A stretch of DNA of 64,000 bases from Alphaproteobacteria bacterium (GCA_016870035.1 VGCJ01000003.1:3270-67269), one strand, 5' to 3'. Positions 49,644-61,463 are shown, counted from the stretch's first letter. Notes: generated by a model from the letters alone, not told the origin. Numbers and translations: made by a program.

Positions 49644-50008
49644 AGGCCCGCAGCCAAGCCCAAAATCGACAGCACGACCGAGCCCACGACATAAAACAAA
49701 GCGGTCAAGATTTCACCGCGCTCGTAAAGAAGCATCGCATCAAGCGAGAAGGCCGAGAATGTTGTATAGCCCCCAAGAATGCCGGTGGTCACGAAAAGCC
49801 GCGCGCTTTGTGACCACTCCTCGCCCGCTTTGAAGGTGAAATAACCGGCGGCGAAACCCATGATAACAGAGCCTGAGATATTGATCGCCATGATGCCGAG
49901 CGGAAATTCGATATCGACAAGCCGCACCATCGCCTGATTGATGAGATAGCGCAACGCGGCCCCAAGGCCCCCGCCGAGGAAAACAATAAGAAGAGGGTTG
50001 AGTGTCAT
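49619..50008 (-). CDS. crcB: Fluoride ion channel CrcB
   Basis: 129 aa with 4 TM helices. GGGLGAALRY and GILGGYTTFSAFS motifs. Confidence 0.9.
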   Translation of the reverse strand: MTLNPLLIVFLGGGLGAALRYLINQAMVRLVDIEFPLGIMAINISGSVIMGFAAGYFTFKAGEEWSQSARLFVTTGILGGYTTFSAFSLDAMLLYERGEILTALFYVVGSVVLSILGLAAGLWAVRVFS

Positions 50009-50058
50009 GCGCGCGTCTTTAGCAGAGAAATTGATATTGGGCGATTAATTTATACCGG

Positions 50059-51369
50059 TCATTCGCCTCGCTCTTTGCGAAGCTTCGCCCAATATTCAAG
50101 CCGCTTTTTGATGTCGCGTTCGAAACCCCGTTCGACCGGTTCATAGAAAGTCTTGCGACCCAGCTTTTCAGGAAAATAATTCTGGCCAGAGAAAGCATCA
50201 GGCTCATCATGATCATAACGATAGCCTTGGCCATAGCCTTCCGACACCATCAATTTTGTCGGCGCGTTCAAAATCGTTTTAGGAGGCATTAAAGAGCCCG
50301 CATCTTTTGCGGTGCGAACCACGCCCTTATACGCGACATATAACGCATTCGATTTCGGCGCGGTGGCGAGATAGACCACCGCTTGCGCGAGCGCGAGTTC
50401 ACCTTCGGGCGAGCCTAAAAAATCAAACGCATCTTTTGCCGCATTCGCAATCACCAAGGCTTGCGGATCGGCAAGACCAATATCTTCGACCGCCATGCGC
50501 ACGAGACGACGCGCAAGAAACAAAGGCGTCTCTCCCGCATCAAGCATACGTGCAAAATAATAAAGCGCGGCATCGGGATCCGAACCACGCACGCTCTTAT
50601 GCAATGCGCTGATCAGATTATAGTGACCATCTTCCCTCTTGTCGTAAATCGGTGCGCGACGCTGCACGATTTCAGCGAGCGTTGCTGCATCAAATATTTC
50701 ATTGGGCTTTGCAGAGCGCCAAATTTCCTCTGCCAATGTCAATGACGCGCGGCCATCGCCATCAGCCATCGCGAGCAAAGCAGCCCGCGCATCCTGATCA
50801 AGCGGTAACGGTTTACCTTCAATTTCTTCCGCACGATGAAGCAAACGATCAATCGCGGCTTCATCCAAGGATTTGAAAGTAAGAATACGCGCACGCGACA
50901 AAAGCGCCGCATTCAATTCAAAGGACGGATTTTCAGTTGTAGCTCCAATCAAAGTGATTGTGCCGTCTTCCATCACCGGCAAAAACGCATCTTGTTGTGC
51001 GCGATTAAAACGATGAATCTCGTCAACAAAGAGAAGCGTGCCCTGCCCTGCGGCACGGCGTCCGCGCGCTGTTTCAAAAACTTTTTTTAATTCGGCAACA
51101 CCCGAAAAAATTGCGGAGATCGGTTCAAAATGAAGCGTTGTTTCATGCGCGAGCAATCGCGCAGTTGTTGTTTTACCGGTGCCGGGCGGTCCCCAGAAAA
51201 TCAACGAGCCTAACGATCCTGAAGCGATCAGTCTTGTGAGAGTCCCGTCAGGTCCCGTGAGGTGGTCTTGACCTGCAACTTCATCAAGCTTTTGCGGACG
51301 CAAGCGATCCGCAAGCGGTCGTGGTGCCGCTTTTTCAAGTCCTGCCGCCGCGAAAAGATTATCCATCAA
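50059..51369 (-). CDS. rarA: Replication-associated recombination protein A (AAA+ ATPase)
   Basis: Walker [10 protein letters not shown], Walker B LFVDEIHR, and the C-terminal MgsA domain ([23 protein letters not shown]). Confidence 0.95.
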   Translation of the reverse strand: MMDNLFAAAGLEKAAPRPLADRLRPQKLDEVAGQDHLTGPDGTLTRLIASGSLGSLIFWGPPGTGKTTTARLLAHETTLHFEPISAIFSGVAELKKVFETARGRRAAGQGTLLFVDEIHRFNRAQQDAFLPVMEDGTITLIGATTENPSFELNAALLSRARILTFKSLDEAAIDRLLHRAEEIEGKPLPLDQDARAALLAMADGDGRASLTLAEEIWRSAKPNEIFDAATLAEIVQRRAPIYDKREDGHYNLISALHKSVRGSDPDAALYYFARMLDAGETPLFLARRLVRMAVEDIGLADPQALVIANAAKDAFDFLGSPEGELALAQAVVYLATAPKSNALYVAYKGVVRTAKDAGSLMPPKTILNAPTKLMVSEGYGQGYRYDHDEPDAFSGQNYFPEKLGRKTFYEPVERGFERDIKKRLEYWAKLRKERGE

Positions 51370-51386
51370 GATTATCCTGAGCGTGA

Positions 51387-52796
51387 TCAGCCGCCGACTT
51401 TACTCTTCAACAATTCACCTTTGCGGCGAATAACAAGAGTCCAATAATAAGCGCGTTCCTGTTGTAACGCCACGACATCGCGTGTTGATTTCACGTCATT
51501 CTTGTCGATGGAAACGAGATAATCGCCTTTCTGCAACCCGATATCATCGGCGGGCGATCCAGGCTTGATTGCAGTCACGACGACACCTTCACCGCTACTT
51601 TCGATGGCCAACTCTTCCGCCAAAGCGGGCGACATATTCGCGATCGTCGCCCCCGATAAAGGCCAGCGGCCTGAAAGCGCTTTTTGATCACGCGGTACAA
51701 TCTCTGGCGCAGGATCCATGCGAACGGTTAGAGTTTGTGTTTTACCGCCGCGATTGATCATGAGTTCAACACGATCACCAATGGCCTTTGTCGCCAATCG
51801 AAAACCAAACTCATCCGCATCGTCAACAGGCTGTCCATCAAGCGATAGAATTACATCACCGGCTTTAAGACCCGCATCGGCTGCGGGGCCTTTATTCACG
51901 ACAGACACAATCAGCGCGCCAACTGGTCTTTCAAGCCCAAGACTTTCAGCAAGATCGGTTGTCACAGGTTGCATACGAGCGCCAAACCAGGGGCGGCGAA
52001 CAATCTTGCTACCTTGACGTGCAGACGCCACCACAACCTTCACCATATTCACGGGGATTGCGAAACCAATCCCAACACTTGCTCCGGTCTTTGAATAGAT
52101 TGCGGTATTGATGCCAATCAAACGACCATTCACATCAACAAGTGCACCACCAGAATTTCCCGGATTAATTGCTGCATCGGTTTGAATGAAAAGTTGATAA
52201 TCAGTTCCACCAACTTGCGTGCGTGAAAGAGCTGAAATGATTCCTGAGGTCACCGTCTGTCCCACACCGAAGGGATTGCCAATGGCAAGAACAAGATCAC
52301 CCACTTCAATCGCGTCGGAATTGCCAAGCTCGACCACCGGCAATCCACGCACACCACGAAGACGTAGCACCGCAAGATCCGTTTTTGGATCACGAAGAAT
52401 AATATCCGCATCAAATTCGCGTTTGTCGGAGAGCGCGACTTTAACTTCTGTCATCCCCTCGATGACATGTTGATTGGTAACAACCAATCCATCGGAATCG
52501 ATGATCACACCGGATCCCGTTGAACGCTGCACACGATCTGGCGCCGGACCGCCTTCAAGACCAAAGAAATATTGGAAGAAAGGATCATCAAGGAGCGGAT
52601 TGCGCGCACCCTTTTGCACGCGTGCGGCATAGACATTCACAACAGCGGGCGTGGCCTTCTTCACGACCGGCGCGAAAGAGGCTTTCATCTCGGCGACGGT
52701 CGTCGGCGTTTGCGCATAAGGCGGCGCAACACCAAAGAGCGCGATTAAGAGCGTAAGGAGAACAACAGGGGAGTGAAATCGAGAAACGTTTTTCAT
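51387..52796 (-). CDS. Periplasmic serine endoprotease of the DegP/DegQ (HtrA) family with two PDZ domains
   Basis: Signal peptide, catalytic triad context (TNQHV, D.AVL, GNSGGAL), and two PDZ segments. Start chosen at ATG 52796 (MKNVSRF...); the track ORF extends to 52886. Confidence 0.9.
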   Translation of the reverse strand: MKNVSRFHSPVVLLTLLIALFGVAPPYAQTPTTVAEMKASFAPVVKKATPAVVNVYAARVQKGARNPLLDDPFFQYFFGLEGGPAPDRVQRSTGSGVIIDSDGLVVTNQHVIEGMTEVKVALSDKREFDADIILRDPKTDLAVLRLRGVRGLPVVELGNSDAIEVGDLVLAIGNPFGVGQTVTSGIISALSRTQVGGTDYQLFIQTDAAINPGNSGGALVDVNGRLIGINTAIYSKTGASVGIGFAIPVNMVKVVVASARQGSKIVRRPWFGARMQPVTTDLAESLGLERPVGALIVSVVNKGPAADAGLKAGDVILSLDGQPVDDADEFGFRLATKAIGDRVELMINRGGKTQTLTVRMDPAPEIVPRDQKALSGRWPLSGATIANMSPALAEELAIESSGEGVVVTAIKPGSPADDIGLQKGDYLVSIDKNDVKSTRDVVALQQERAYYWTLVIRRKGELLKSKVGG

Positions 52797-52893
52797 AGCG
52801 TCTTTATAGACCGAGCCGCGCCTTCGAAAAAGGCCGCATAAACGACAATGGGCGGCCCAAGACCGCCCATCTGTTATCATGATCAAGAAAGTA

Positions 52894-52910
52894 TTGCCTT
52901 AAAAAGGCAA
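52894..52910 (-). terminator. Weak hairpin after rplQ, possibly the end of the alpha operon
   Basis: TTGCCTT-tttt-AAGGCAA on the minus strand, followed by TACTTTCTT. Short AT-rich stem. Confidence 0.3.
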
Positions 52911-52915
52911 AATCA

Positions 52916-53332
52916 TCAGGACTCGACGACTTCCGTCTTTTGTATCGGGCCAGAATTCGTGCCCTTGGCATCGACATCACGATCAACGAACTCGATCACA
53001 GCCATCGGCGCATTATCGCCATAGCGGAAACCGGCTTTGAGAACACGCGTATAGCCGCCATTGCGGGCCTTGTAACGCGGGCCGAGAACGTCAAAGAGCT
53101 TTTTTACGAGATCAACATCCTTGATCTGCGCAATCGCCTGACGACGGGCGTGAAGATCACCGCGCTTGCCGAGCGTTACAAGCTTTTCGACAACGGGACG
53201 GAGATCCTTCGCCTTGGGAAGTGTTGTCACAATCTGCTCATGCTTGATCAAAGCCTGGCAGAGATTGGCAAACATCGCTTTGCGGTGTTCAACACTGCGC
53301 GCGAAGCGACGTGCTTTATGTCCGTGATACAT
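52916..53332 (-). CDS. rplQ: 50S ribosomal protein L17
   Basis: [24 protein letters not shown]... is the canonical L17 N-terminus. Confidence 0.97.
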   Translation of the reverse strand: MYHGHKARRFARSVEHRKAMFANLCQALIKHEQIVTTLPKAKDLRPVVEKLVTLGKRGDLHARRQAIAQIKDVDLVKKLFDVLGPRYKARNGGYTRVLKAGFRYGDNAPMAVIEFVDRDVDAKGTNSGPIQKTEVVES

Positions 53333-53397
53333 GGCTCTCTCCTTCGATGAGCGTTATCCGGCCGCCGTGCCAAGGTACGGCCGGTCTTTAGATCGAC

Positions 53398-54411
53398 TTA
53401 GTAATGTTCCTCGAAGCGCTTTGCGAGCTCTTCGATATTTTCTGGCGGCCAACCCGTCACTTCCATACCGAGATGGAGGCCCATGGATGCGAGCACTTCC
53501 TTGATTTCGTTAAGCGACTTGCGACCGAAATTCGGCGTGCGCAGCATTTCGCTTTCCGACTTCTGGATGAGATCGCCGATGTAAACGATGTTGTCGTTCT
53601 TGAGGCAGTTTGCCGAACGCACCGACAATTCGAGTTCGTCGACTTTCTTGAGGAGCGCCGGATTGAAAGCGAGTTCCGGCATCGCCGACTTTTCTTCTTC
53701 GCGACGCGGCTCTTCGAAATTCACGAACACTTCGAGTTGATCTTGCAGAATGCGAGCGGCATAGGCCACTGCATCATCCGGCGTTACACCACCATTGGTT
53801 TCAACAACCATGATGAGCTTGTCATAGTCGAGAATTTGACCTTCGCGCGTGTTCTCAATTCGATAGGACACTTTCTTGACGGGCGAATAAAGAGCATCAA
53901 CCGGAATAAGTCCGATCGGTGAATCTTCGCTACGATTACGATCAGCAGGCACGTAACCCTTGCCTGTCTTTACAACGAATTCCATTCGCAATTCAGCGCC
54001 TTCATCGAGTGAGCAGATCACAAGATCTGGATTCAGGATTTGCACATCACCGGTGACAGCAATATCGCCCGCATGAACACGACCTGAACCTTTTTTACGC
54101 AGCGTCAAACGCTTTGAACCTTCACCCTGCATCTTGATGGCAATCGCCTTCACATTGAGGATGATGTCAGTCACATCTTCGCGCACGCCGGGGATCGACG
54201 AGAATTCATGCAACACACCGTCGATTTGCACCGACACAATGGCTGCGCCCTGCAAAGATGACAACAATACGCGGCGAAGCGCATTACCGAGCGTCACACC
54301 GAAGCCACGCTCCAGCGGCTCAGCAATGAGTGTTGCCGAACGCTTATCATCATGCGGTGTTACATTGAGCTTCGACGGCTTGATGAGATCTTGCCAATTT
54401 TTCTGAATCAC
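53398..54411 (-). CDS. rpoA: DNA-directed RNA polymerase subunit alpha
   Basis: 337 aa. [21 protein letters not shown] and the C-terminal domain [21 protein letters not shown]. Confidence 0.98.
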   Translation of the reverse strand: MIQKNWQDLIKPSKLNVTPHDDKRSATLIAEPLERGFGVTLGNALRRVLLSSLQGAAIVSVQIDGVLHEFSSIPGVREDVTDIILNVKAIAIKMQGEGSKRLTLRKKGSGRVHAGDIAVTGDVQILNPDLVICSLDEGAELRMEFVVKTGKGYVPADRNRSEDSPIGLIPVDALYSPVKKVSYRIENTREGQILDYDKLIMVVETNGGVTPDDAVAYAARILQDQLEVFVNFEEPRREEEKSAMPELAFNPALLKKVDELELSVRSANCLKNDNIVYIGDLIQKSESEMLRTPNFGRKSLNEIKEVLASMGLHLGMEVTGWPPENIEELAKRFEEHY

Positions 54412-54541
54412 GGGTTTTTTCCTTCACTTTGGAAGCATGAGGCATATCGGTCCGTCGACCTTGGCCCCATACCCTCGATGAACGCTGCATTTCGCGCTCT
54501 CGCCCGTCGGCGAAAGAAGCGTCTTCAAAAACAAATCGAAA

Positions 54542-54931
54542 TTAGACGCGACGACGCTTGCGCGGACGGCATCCATTGTGCGGGATCGGCGTCACATCGC
54601 GAATGGATGTCACAGTGAACCCGACAGCTTGCAAAGCGCGCAACGCTGACTCACGACCCGAACCTGGACCTGTCACTTCAACTTCCAAAGTGCGCATACC
54701 GTGTTCCGAAGCCTTGCGGCCTGCGTCTTCAGCGGCAACCTGCGCGGCATAAGGAGTTGATTTACGTGAGCCTTTGAAACCCATCGTACCGGCTGACGAC
54801 CATGCAACAGTGTTGCCCTGTGCATCGGTGATGGTGATCATTGTGTTGTTGAACGAAGCGTTCACATGCGCGACGCCTGAAACAATATTTTTGCGCTCTT
54901 TACGACGAACGCGGGTGGCTTCTTTTGCCAT
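54542..54931 (-). CDS. rpsK: 30S ribosomal protein S11
   Basis: [20 protein letters not shown] and [19 protein letters not shown]. Confidence 0.98.
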   Translation of the reverse strand: MAKEATRVRRKERKNIVSGVAHVNASFNNTMITITDAQGNTVAWSSAGTMGFKGSRKSTPYAAQVAAEDAGRKASEHGMRTLEVEVTGPGSGRESALRALQAVGFTVTSIRDVTPIPHNGCRPRKRRRV

Positions 54932-54988
54932 GGTCTTAATCCTTCATGCGCGCCCGTGACACCAGGCGCTGGGGATGGGAGTCGGTGA

Positions 54989-55357
54989 TTACTTCTTCTT
55001 GCCGGCGATCGGCTTCGCCTTGCCCTTACGGGTGCGGGCGTTGGTGTGCGTGCGCTGACCACGAACCGGAAGCTGACGACGATGACGAAGACCGCGATAG
55101 CAGCCAAGATCCATCAAACGCTTGATGTTCATCGACACTTCACGACGCAGATCACCTTCAACGAGATAATCGCGGTCGATCATTTCACGGATTTGAAGCA
55201 CTTCCGCATCGCTCAATTGATTGACGCGACGCTCAGCGGGAATCTTCAAAGCGGTGGTGATTTCTTCGGCCTTTTTCGGGCCAATGCCGTGAATATATTG
55301 AAGCGCGATAATGACGCGCTTGCCAGTCGGCATGTTTACGCCTGCAATACGGGCCAT
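54989..55357 (-). CDS. rpsM: 30S ribosomal protein S13
   Basis: [20 protein letters not shown] and [22 protein letters not shown]. Confidence 0.98.
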   Translation of the reverse strand: MARIAGVNMPTGKRVIIALQYIHGIGPKKAEEITTALKIPAERRVNQLSDAEVLQIREMIDRDYLVEGDLRREVSMNIKRLMDLGCYRGLRHRRQLPVRGQRTHTNARTRKGKAKPIAGKKK

Positions 55358-55630
55358 CGTCCGTCTCCATGTCAGCCAATCGGGTCCAAAGGAGCGATCA
55401 GCGGGTTTCAGATACCGCGCGTCCGGTGGAGGCCGGCCCCTGCGCGGGGGTGCTTCTCAAAACAAAAGGGCCCTAGCAACAATCCATCGGATCGTCTCCA
55501 GCGCCTTGATCAAGAATCGAGTGAGGGGTGCTTAGGGGATTGCGGGGCTTGAGTCAATGATGGGACGGAAAATAACCATGCCACTTTGACGCCTGCTCGG
55601 AGCAGCTGCGAGGCTTAGGATAGAACATCT

Positions 55631-56077
55631 TCAGGCAAGTTCGAGGGCCCTTGTGGCAAGCGCGACCACGCGCGGAATAGGCTTCTCACCTTGCTCATAA
55701 TAGGCAACCATACGGCGACTTAACCCCAATGCTTTTGCAGCCGTATCGAGCGTATGCGCATTCCGCTCCCTCCAGCTTCGAAACCCCTCTGCCGACATCG
55801 TCTGGCCGGTCTGCTCGTCAGCCAGTCGTCGCAATGTGTCGGCCGACATGTCTAGATCGCCATCCCAAACAATATCCGTTCCAAATTCGCCAAGCCGAAC
55901 GGTTTGAAAAAGTTCAGAATTGTTTCGGAGCGGCTCATAAAATTTGAAGGTCGAAATCGGTCCGGAAAGGTCAATCGCACCGTGCTCGCCATTCAGCCAC
56001 GTGACCTCAATAAAGGGAAAACACTGGGCCGAACGGACAGAGCGCAGCCGGGGAAGGTACTTTTTCGGCATAATCAT
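55631..56077 (-). CDS. DUF2442-domain protein fused to a C-terminal XRE-type helix-turn-helix (antitoxin-like)
   Basis: N-terminal DUF2442 pattern (IEVTWLNGEHGAIDLSGPI...FQTVRLGEFGTDIVWDGDLDMSADTL). C-terminal HTH (LDTAAKALGLSRRMVAYYEQGEKPIP). The start ATG overlaps the upstream DUF4160 stop (ATGA). Confidence 0.7.
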   Translation of the reverse strand: MIMPKKYLPRLRSVRSAQCFPFIEVTWLNGEHGAIDLSGPISTFKFYEPLRNNSELFQTVRLGEFGTDIVWDGDLDMSADTLRRLADEQTGQTMSAEGFRSWRERNAHTLDTAAKALGLSRRMVAYYEQGEKPIPRVVALATRALELA

Positions 56078-56307
56078 CCTCGCTCATTTAAAGCGATCCA
56101 CTTTGAAGCTAAATATTCTCTATTCCCGCTAACCCATTTAAGTGCTTCTCTAATTTCGGATTGTCGTGCTTATCCAGCGATAATCGAACCATCAGATATA
56201 CTCACCAATATCTCAAACTCAGCCGACACAATAAGAACGTGCGGTGGACGATGATCATCCGCATAAATGCGAATGCTGATTGCCCCAATCCTGTGAAGGG
56301 TCGGCAT
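56074..56307 (-). pseudogene. DUF4160-family protein (toxin-like partner of DUF2442) with an in-frame TAA
   Basis: Not in the track. Hand translation from ATG 56307 gives MPTLHRIGAISIRIYADDHRPPHVLIVSAEFEILVSISDGSIIAG-TAA(56172..56170)-ARQSEIREALKWVSGNREYLASKWIALNERG-TGA. The i.IriY..DH.PPH core and the C-terminal W-rich helix are both DUF4160-like and lie in one frame. Confidence 0.7.
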
Positions 56308-56397
56308 AAGTCCATCGAACCCTTCAGCGCAACTATTGCACTAAAGGGAAAAGTTTTAAGAAAAACTTACACTCGGGACAGTTTACAAAGAAGGCTG

Positions 56398-56979
56398 TTA
56401 CGCCCCCAACACACCCGCGATCGCGGAACTGACCGCATCAACCGCCTGCATCCCGTCAATCTTGGTGAGTTTGCCACCCTTCTCGTAATAAGGAGCAACG
56501 ATTGCGGTGTCGCGATTATAAGCTTCGAGGCGGGTTTTGAAGACTTCAGGATCATCATCCTTGCGGACGGGTTGGCCAGCAGCATTCGCTTCTGCCGCGC
56601 GGTTGACGATGCGGGCCACAAGCTTTGATTGGTCAACAACGAGCTCAATCACAGCGTCGAGCTTCAAGCCTTCGCTTTTGAGCATCGCATCTAACGCTTC
56701 GGCCTGAGCGACCGTGCGCGGGAAGCCATCAAGGATGAAACCCTTCTTGGCATCCGCCTCGGCGATTCGGTCGCGGATAATACCGACAACGATCTCGTCT
56801 GAAACGAGCCCGCCAGACTCCATGACGGCTTTAGCTTTAAGCCCAACGGGCGTTTCGGCCGCGACGGCCGCACGTAGCATGTCGCCGGTAGAGAGTTGAG
56901 GAATGCCGTATTTTTTAACAAGCCTCGTTGCTTGGGTGCCTTTACCCGAGCCGGGGGCCCCAAGAAGAATCAGTCTCAT
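56398..56979 (-). CDS. adk: Adenylate kinase (short, no zinc lid)
   Basis: [17 protein letters not shown]-loop and [10 protein letters not shown]. 193 aa. Confidence 0.97.
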   Translation of the reverse strand: MRLILLGAPGSGKGTQATRLVKKYGIPQLSTGDMLRAAVAAETPVGLKAKAVMESGGLVSDEIVVGIIRDRIAEADAKKGFILDGFPRTVAQAEALDAMLKSEGLKLDAVIELVVDQSKLVARIVNRAAEANAAGQPVRKDDDPEVFKTRLEAYNRDTAIVAPYYEKGGKLTKIDGMQAVDAVSSAIAGVLGA

Positions 56980-58310
56980 TGTCTTCCTCCCTTAAGCTTA
57001 GCCTTTTTCACCAGACCCCCATATTGATGCGCGAGCAAATGCCCTTGGATCTGAGCCACGGTATCCATAGTAACGGTAACAATGATCAAAAGCGATGTCC
57101 CTCCAAAATAAAATGGAAGTGCCGCCTGCGATACTAGCAATTCGGGCAACAAACAGATGATGACGAGATAAGCGGCGCCAAGGACCGTGATGCGCAACAA
57201 AACATTATCGATTAATTCCGCCGTGCGCTCGCCTGGACGAATGCCCGGAATAAACCCGCCCTGTTTTTTCAAATTATCCGCCGTCTCTGCAGGATTGAAA
57301 ACAATGGCTGTGTAAAAAAAAGTGAAGAAAATAATTAGACTGGCATAAGCGACCATGAACAAAGGACGTCCATGGCCAAGATAGGCGGCAATTATTCCAA
57401 GCCAACCAGTTGAGTCTGATTGGACCGCAAAGCTAGCAACTGTCGTCGGTAACAATAGGAGCGACGACGCAAAGATTGGCGGGATGACTCCTGATGTGTT
57501 GAGCTTCAATGGTAAAAATGAGGTTTGTCCTTCATAAACACGATTGCCTACTTGACGTTTCGGATAATTTATCAAGAGACGACGTTGTGCGCGCTCCACG
57601 AACACGATAAACGCGATGACTGCAAAAGCCATGACAACAATCATCAGGATCAAGAAGGATGAAATAGCGCCTTGACGACCGAGCTCAAGCAAATTGGCAG
57701 TTGCACCAGGTAACTCTGCGACGATACCTGCGAAGATAATCAGTGACGTACCATTACCAATGCCGCGCTTTGTGATCTGCTCACCAAGCCACATCAGAAA
57801 CAACGTGCCGCCAACAAGTGTGATCGTCGTTGAAAGACGGAAAAACATTCCAGGCTCAAGCACAAGATTGGTTGATCCTTCAAGACCCACCGCAATCCCC
57901 CAAGCTTGAAACGCAGCGAGTACAACTGTGAGATAGCGCGTATATTGATTGATAACTTTACGACCCGCCTCGCCTTCTTTCTTCAATTGATCGAGTTGCG
58001 GAACAGCAGATGTTAAAAGCTGAATGATGATGGACGCAGAAATATACGGCATGATGGCGAGCGCGAAAATTGCAAGACGTCCCACAGCACCGCCCGAAAA
58101 CATGTTGAACAAACCCAACATGCCTTGTTGTTGTTGTTTGAAAAATTCAGCCAGCGCGATAACATTAATTCCGGGCAGAGGAATATATGTGCCAAGACGA
58201 AAAACGAGCAGCGCCCCCAACGTAAACCAAATGCGCTTTTTCAACTCGTCGGCTTTTGCCAGCGCGCCGAAATTTAAATTTGCCGCAAGCTGCTCTGCTG
58301 CCGATACCAT
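56976..58310 (-). CDS. secY: Preprotein translocase subunit SecY
   Basis: 444 aa, 10 TM helices, typical LGEQIT.RGIGNG.SLIIF segment. The stop overlaps the adk start. Confidence 0.97.
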   Translation of the reverse strand: MVSAAEQLAANLNFGALAKADELKKRIWFTLGALLVFRLGTYIPLPGINVIALAEFFKQQQQGMLGLFNMFSGGAVGRLAIFALAIMPYISASIIIQLLTSAVPQLDQLKKEGEAGRKVINQYTRYLTVVLAAFQAWGIAVGLEGSTNLVLEPGMFFRLSTTITLVGGTLFLMWLGEQITKRGIGNGTSLIIFAGIVAELPGATANLLELGRQGAISSFLILMIVVMAFAVIAFIVFVERAQRRLLINYPKRQVGNRVYEGQTSFLPLKLNTSGVIPPIFASSLLLLPTTVASFAVQSDSTGWLGIIAAYLGHGRPLFMVAYASLIIFFTFFYTAIVFNPAETADNLKKQGGFIPGIRPGERTAELIDNVLLRITVLGAAYLVIICLLPELLVSQAALPFYFGGTSLLIIVTVTMDTVAQIQGHLLAHQYGGLVKKAKLKGGRQ

Positions 58311-58434
58311 TGCCGCTGCCCTTCCTTACGCTCATCCCGAAAGAAAAACCGGGCAAACGGAGTTTTGTCATCCGCCGCCCGGCTTATCATAATCTAATTG
58401 GCGTCACTCCAATCTAGGGGTTGGTTGCCGAAAA

Positions 58435-58911
58435 TCAAGCGGTGGCTTCTGCGCCGCCGAGGATCTTCACTGAACCGCCAGCCTTTTCGATCGCCGCTTG
58501 CGCAGACTTTGTGACACCGGCCACTTCAACGGCGATTTTCGCCTTGAGTTCACCCGAGCCCAAAATTCGAACGCCATTGAGCGCGCGCGAGCACACGCCA
58601 GCCGCCACCAAAGCTTCAATCGTCACAGGCTTTGACGCGTCGAGTTTCTTCGCATCAACCGCAGTTTGAATACGACCGATATTCACTTCATTGAAATGCT
58701 TGGCGTGAATATTGGTAAAGCCACGCTTTGGAAGGCGACGATAAAGTGGCATCTGACCGCCTTCGAAGCCCTTAACCGCAACACCTGTACGCGCGGTTTG
58801 ACCCTTCACACCGCGTCCACCAGTCTTGCCTTTGCCCGAACCGATACCGCGACCAACACGGATGCGCGATTTCTTCGAGCCAGCATTATCCTTGATACCA
58901 TTGAGTTTCAT
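58435..58911 (-). CDS. rplO: 50S ribosomal protein L15
   Basis: MKLN.I.DN.GS.K...[19 protein letters not shown]. Start at ATG 58911, downstream of GAGGAGGG; the track ORF is over-extended to 58962. Confidence 0.97.
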   Translation of the reverse strand: MKLNGIKDNAGSKKSRIRVGRGIGSGKGKTGGRGVKGQTARTGVAVKGFEGGQMPLYRRLPKRGFTNIHAKHFNEVNIGRIQTAVDAKKLDASKPVTIEALVAAGVCSRALNGVRILGSGELKAKIAVEVAGVTKSAQAAIEKAGGSVKILGGAEATA

Positions 58912-58921
58912 AGCGCCCTCC

Positions 58922-59134
58922 TCACTGACCGTCGACGACGCAAACGAGGTGACGAACCGCATGGATCATGCCGCGCACTTCTGGCGTGTCTGGCAATGTC
59001 GAGCGGCGATGAAGTTTGTTTAAACCCAAACCGATCAAGGTCTGACGTTGTTCAGACACGCGACGGATGGGGCTACCAACCTGCTCAACAGTCACTGTTG
59101 AGGACGCGGCTTTCTTGGTTGCTGCTTTGGCCAT
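58922..59134 (-). CDS. rpmD: 50S ribosomal protein L30
   Basis: 70 aa. [12 protein letters not shown]...QR.TL.GLGL.K...R..L.DTP..RGMI..V.HLV. Confidence 0.95.
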   Translation of the reverse strand: MAKAATKKAASSTVTVEQVGSPIRRVSEQRQTLIGLGLNKLHRRSTLPDTPEVRGMIHAVRHLVCVVDGQ

Positions 59135-59148
59135 GACTCATCGCTCCC

Positions 59149-59718
59149 TTATGCGTCAGCGCCTGCACCATCCGTGTCACCACGGCGGGCTTGCAATTGG
59201 GAGACTTTGAGACCACGACGAGCGGCAACCGTGCGCGGATTATCCTGATGCTTCAAAGCATCCACGGTTGCACGCACGAGGTTATACGGGTTCGATGAGC
59301 CGAGTGACTTCGACACGACATCATGCATGCCGAGCGCTTCGAACACTGCACGCATTGGACCACCGGCGATGATACCAGTACCGGCAGGTGCTGCACGAAG
59401 AACAACTTTGCCCGAACCATGACGGCCCGCGACATCGTGATGAAGTGTGCGACCTTCACGGAGCGGAATGCGAACAACAGAGCGCTTTGCCGCTTCTGTC
59501 GCCTTGCGAATTGCTTCTGGCACTTCGCGCGCTTTACCGTGACCGAAGCCGACGCGGCCCTTTTGGTCGCCCACAACAACGAGGGCCGCGAAACCGAAAC
59601 GACGGCCGCCCTTCACAACTTTTGCGACGCGGTTGATGTGGACGAGACGATCCACAAATTCGGAATCGCGTTCTTCGCGATCACCGCGATCCTTACGTTC
59701 TCTTGGTTCTTTTGCCAT
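59149..59718 (-). CDS. rpsE: 30S ribosomal protein S5
   Basis: [36 protein letters not shown] is the canonical S5 pattern. Confidence 0.97.
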   Translation of the reverse strand: MAKEPRERKDRGDREERDSEFVDRLVHINRVAKVVKGGRRFGFAALVVVGDQKGRVGFGHGKAREVPEAIRKATEAAKRSVVRIPLREGRTLHHDVAGRHGSGKVVLRAAPAGTGIIAGGPMRAVFEALGMHDVVSKSLGSSNPYNLVRATVDALKHQDNPRTVAARRGLKVSQLQARRGDTDGAGADA

Positions 59719-59801
59719 TTCAGGCCTCTCACTAAAAACGCGGGCCGGGACCGGCCCGCTCGCTTCGAGTTAACGGGGGCAATTTCTTCGCCCCCAGATG
59801 A

Positions 59802-60164
59802 TTAAAATTCAAGCCCGCCTTCGCGCGCCGCTTCCGCGAGCGCTTTGACGCGACCATGATACATGTAAGCGCCACGATCGAACACTATCGCTTTCACGCC
59901 TGCTTTCACTGCACGCTCAGCGACAAGCTTGCCGACCGCCGTAGCCGCCGCAATGTCTGCGCCCGTCTTCAGCTTTGCCTTCAAATCTTTTTCAAGCGTT
60001 GAAGCCGCAGCAATCGTGACGCCCTTAGCGTCATCGATGACTTGCGCATAGATCTGCTTCGACGAACGGAACACCGACAAACGCGGACGGCCATTGCCCA
60101 CGACCTTGAGGGCGCGGCGCACACGGGCCTGACGGCGATCGGTGGCAACAGATTTCTTCGCCAT
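59802..60164 (-). CDS. rplR: 50S ribosomal protein L18
   Basis: [17 protein letters not shown]...[18 protein letters not shown]. Start at ATG 60164; the track ORF is over-extended. Confidence 0.97.
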   Translation of the reverse strand: MAKKSVATDRRQARVRRALKVVGNGRPRLSVFRSSKQIYAQVIDDAKGVTIAAASTLEKDLKAKLKTGADIAAATAVGKLVAERAVKAGVKAIVFDRGAYMYHGRVKALAEAAREGGLEF

Positions 60165-60174
60165 GATGGGCCCC

Positions 60175-60708
60175 TTACTTCTTCTTGCCTTCCTTACGGA
60201 AGATGAATTCGTCGGCATATTTCACACCCTTGCCCTGATAGGGCTCGGGGCCGCGTACCTTGCGGATTTCAGCAGCGGTCTGACCGACCTTTTGCTTATC
60301 AATACCGGTGACGATGATTTCGGTCGGCTTAGGTGTTGCGATCTGGATGCCTTTGGGAATCGCATAATCAACATCGTGGCTGTAACCGAGATTGAGTTTC
60401 AATACGGTGCCTGCAACAGCGGCCTTGTAACCAACGCCGTTGATTTCAAGCTTCTTCTCGTAACCCGTCGTGACACCCTTAACGAGATTGGCAACCTGCG
60501 CACGGGACATACCCCACATCGCACGCGCCTGTTTCGTTTCGTTACGCGGAGTGACGGCAATCGAGCCGTCCGCGTGTTTCACTTCGACGAGATCGGGAAC
60601 TACGAATGACAATTCGCCCTTCGAGCCCTTCACTTTGACCGTCTGACCTTCGACTGCGGCTGTAACACCGGAGGGAATGGCGACGGGTTTCTTGCCTACA
60701 CGAGACAT
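60175..60708 (-). CDS. rplF: 50S ribosomal protein L6
   Basis: [13 protein letters not shown]......Q.V.VKG.KGEL. Confidence 0.97.
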   Translation of the reverse strand: MSRVGKKPVAIPSGVTAAVEGQTVKVKGSKGELSFVVPDLVEVKHADGSIAVTPRNETKQARAMWGMSRAQVANLVKGVTTGYEKKLEINGVGYKAAVAGTVLKLNLGYSHDVDYAIPKGIQIATPKPTEIIVTGIDKQKVGQTAAEIRKVRGPEPYQGKGVKYADEFIFRKEGKKK

Positions 60709-60745
60709 GGATCTGTTTCTCCAATTCTACCCTGTGTTCCGATGA

Positions 60746-61144
60746 TCAAAAGACCATGCAGAGCACTTCGCCGCCCACATTCTTTTCACGCGCTTCGTGA
60801 TCCGCCATCACACCCTTCGGTGTGGAGAGGATCGTGACGCCCAAACCATTTGCCACGCGCGGCATCGATGTCACCGATGAATAAACGCGACGGCCTGGCT
60901 TCGACACACGCTCGATCTTACGGATGACCGGTTCACCATCGAAATATTTCAATTCGATTTCGAATTCGGTACGGCCATTGCCATATTCTGTTGTCGAATA
61001 ACCGCGGATGAAGCCTTCCGACTTCAACACATCGAGGATGTGCGCACGAAGACGCGAACCGGGTGTGGAGACGGAAGATTTGCGACGCATTTGCGCATTG
61101 CGGATGCGGGTCAACATATCACCGACAGGATCATTCACTGCCAT
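60746..61144 (-). CDS. rpsH: 30S ribosomal protein S8
   Basis: [14 protein letters not shown] and the C-terminal GGEVLC.VF. Confidence 0.97.
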   Translation of the reverse strand: MAVNDPVGDMLTRIRNAQMRRKSSVSTPGSRLRAHILDVLKSEGFIRGYSTTEYGNGRTEFEIELKYFDGEPVIRKIERVSKPGRRVYSSVTSMPRVANGLGVTILSTPKGVMADHEAREKNVGGEVLCMVF

Positions 61145-61157
61145 GGTCAGATCCCCC

Positions 61158-61463
61158 TTACCAGCTCGACTTCGTCAGGCCTGGAATCAGACCCTTCGAA
61201 CCCATTTCACGCAAAGCAATACGCGACATTTTCAGCTTGCGATAAACAGCACGCGGACGACCCGACACTTCGCAACGGTTGCGAACGCGGTTAACGGCTG
61301 AATTGCGCGGAAGCTGCGCCAATTTCAGACGCGCTTCGAAACGCTCTTCCATCGGCTTTGTCATGTCATCGGCAATAGTCTTCAGACGACGACGACGCGC
61401 CGCATATTGTGCCGCAAGCTTCTGCTTACGCTTATTATTCTCGATTGCACTCTTCTTGGCCAT
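61158..61463 (-). CDS. rpsN: 30S ribosomal protein S14 (long, 101-aa form)
   Basis: [16 protein letters not shown]... and the C-terminal RIALRE....G.IPG..K.SW. Start at ATG 61463; the track ORF is over-extended. Confidence 0.97.
   Translation of the reverse strand: MAKKSAIENNKRKQKLAAQYAARRRRLKTIADDMTKPMEERFEARLKLAQLPRNSAVNRVRNRCEVSGRPRAVYRKLKMSRIALREMGSKGLIPGLTKSSW

Noticed and set aside
52797-52986. N-terminal extension of the HtrA-family ORF (to 52886) and ORF 52804..52986
   Set aside because: The extension precedes a perfectly good signal peptide starting at MKNVSRF (ATG 52796). It also overlaps the hairpin that follows rplQ. The small ORF has no features of a real gene.
55358-55630. Possible small RNA or extra gene in the 273-nt region upstream of rpsM
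   Set aside because: It contains only short hairpins and spurious Arg/Gly-rich ORFs. It is most simply the structured 5' leader of the rpsM-rpsK-rpoA-rplQ operon plus the 3' flank of the inserted TA-like pair.
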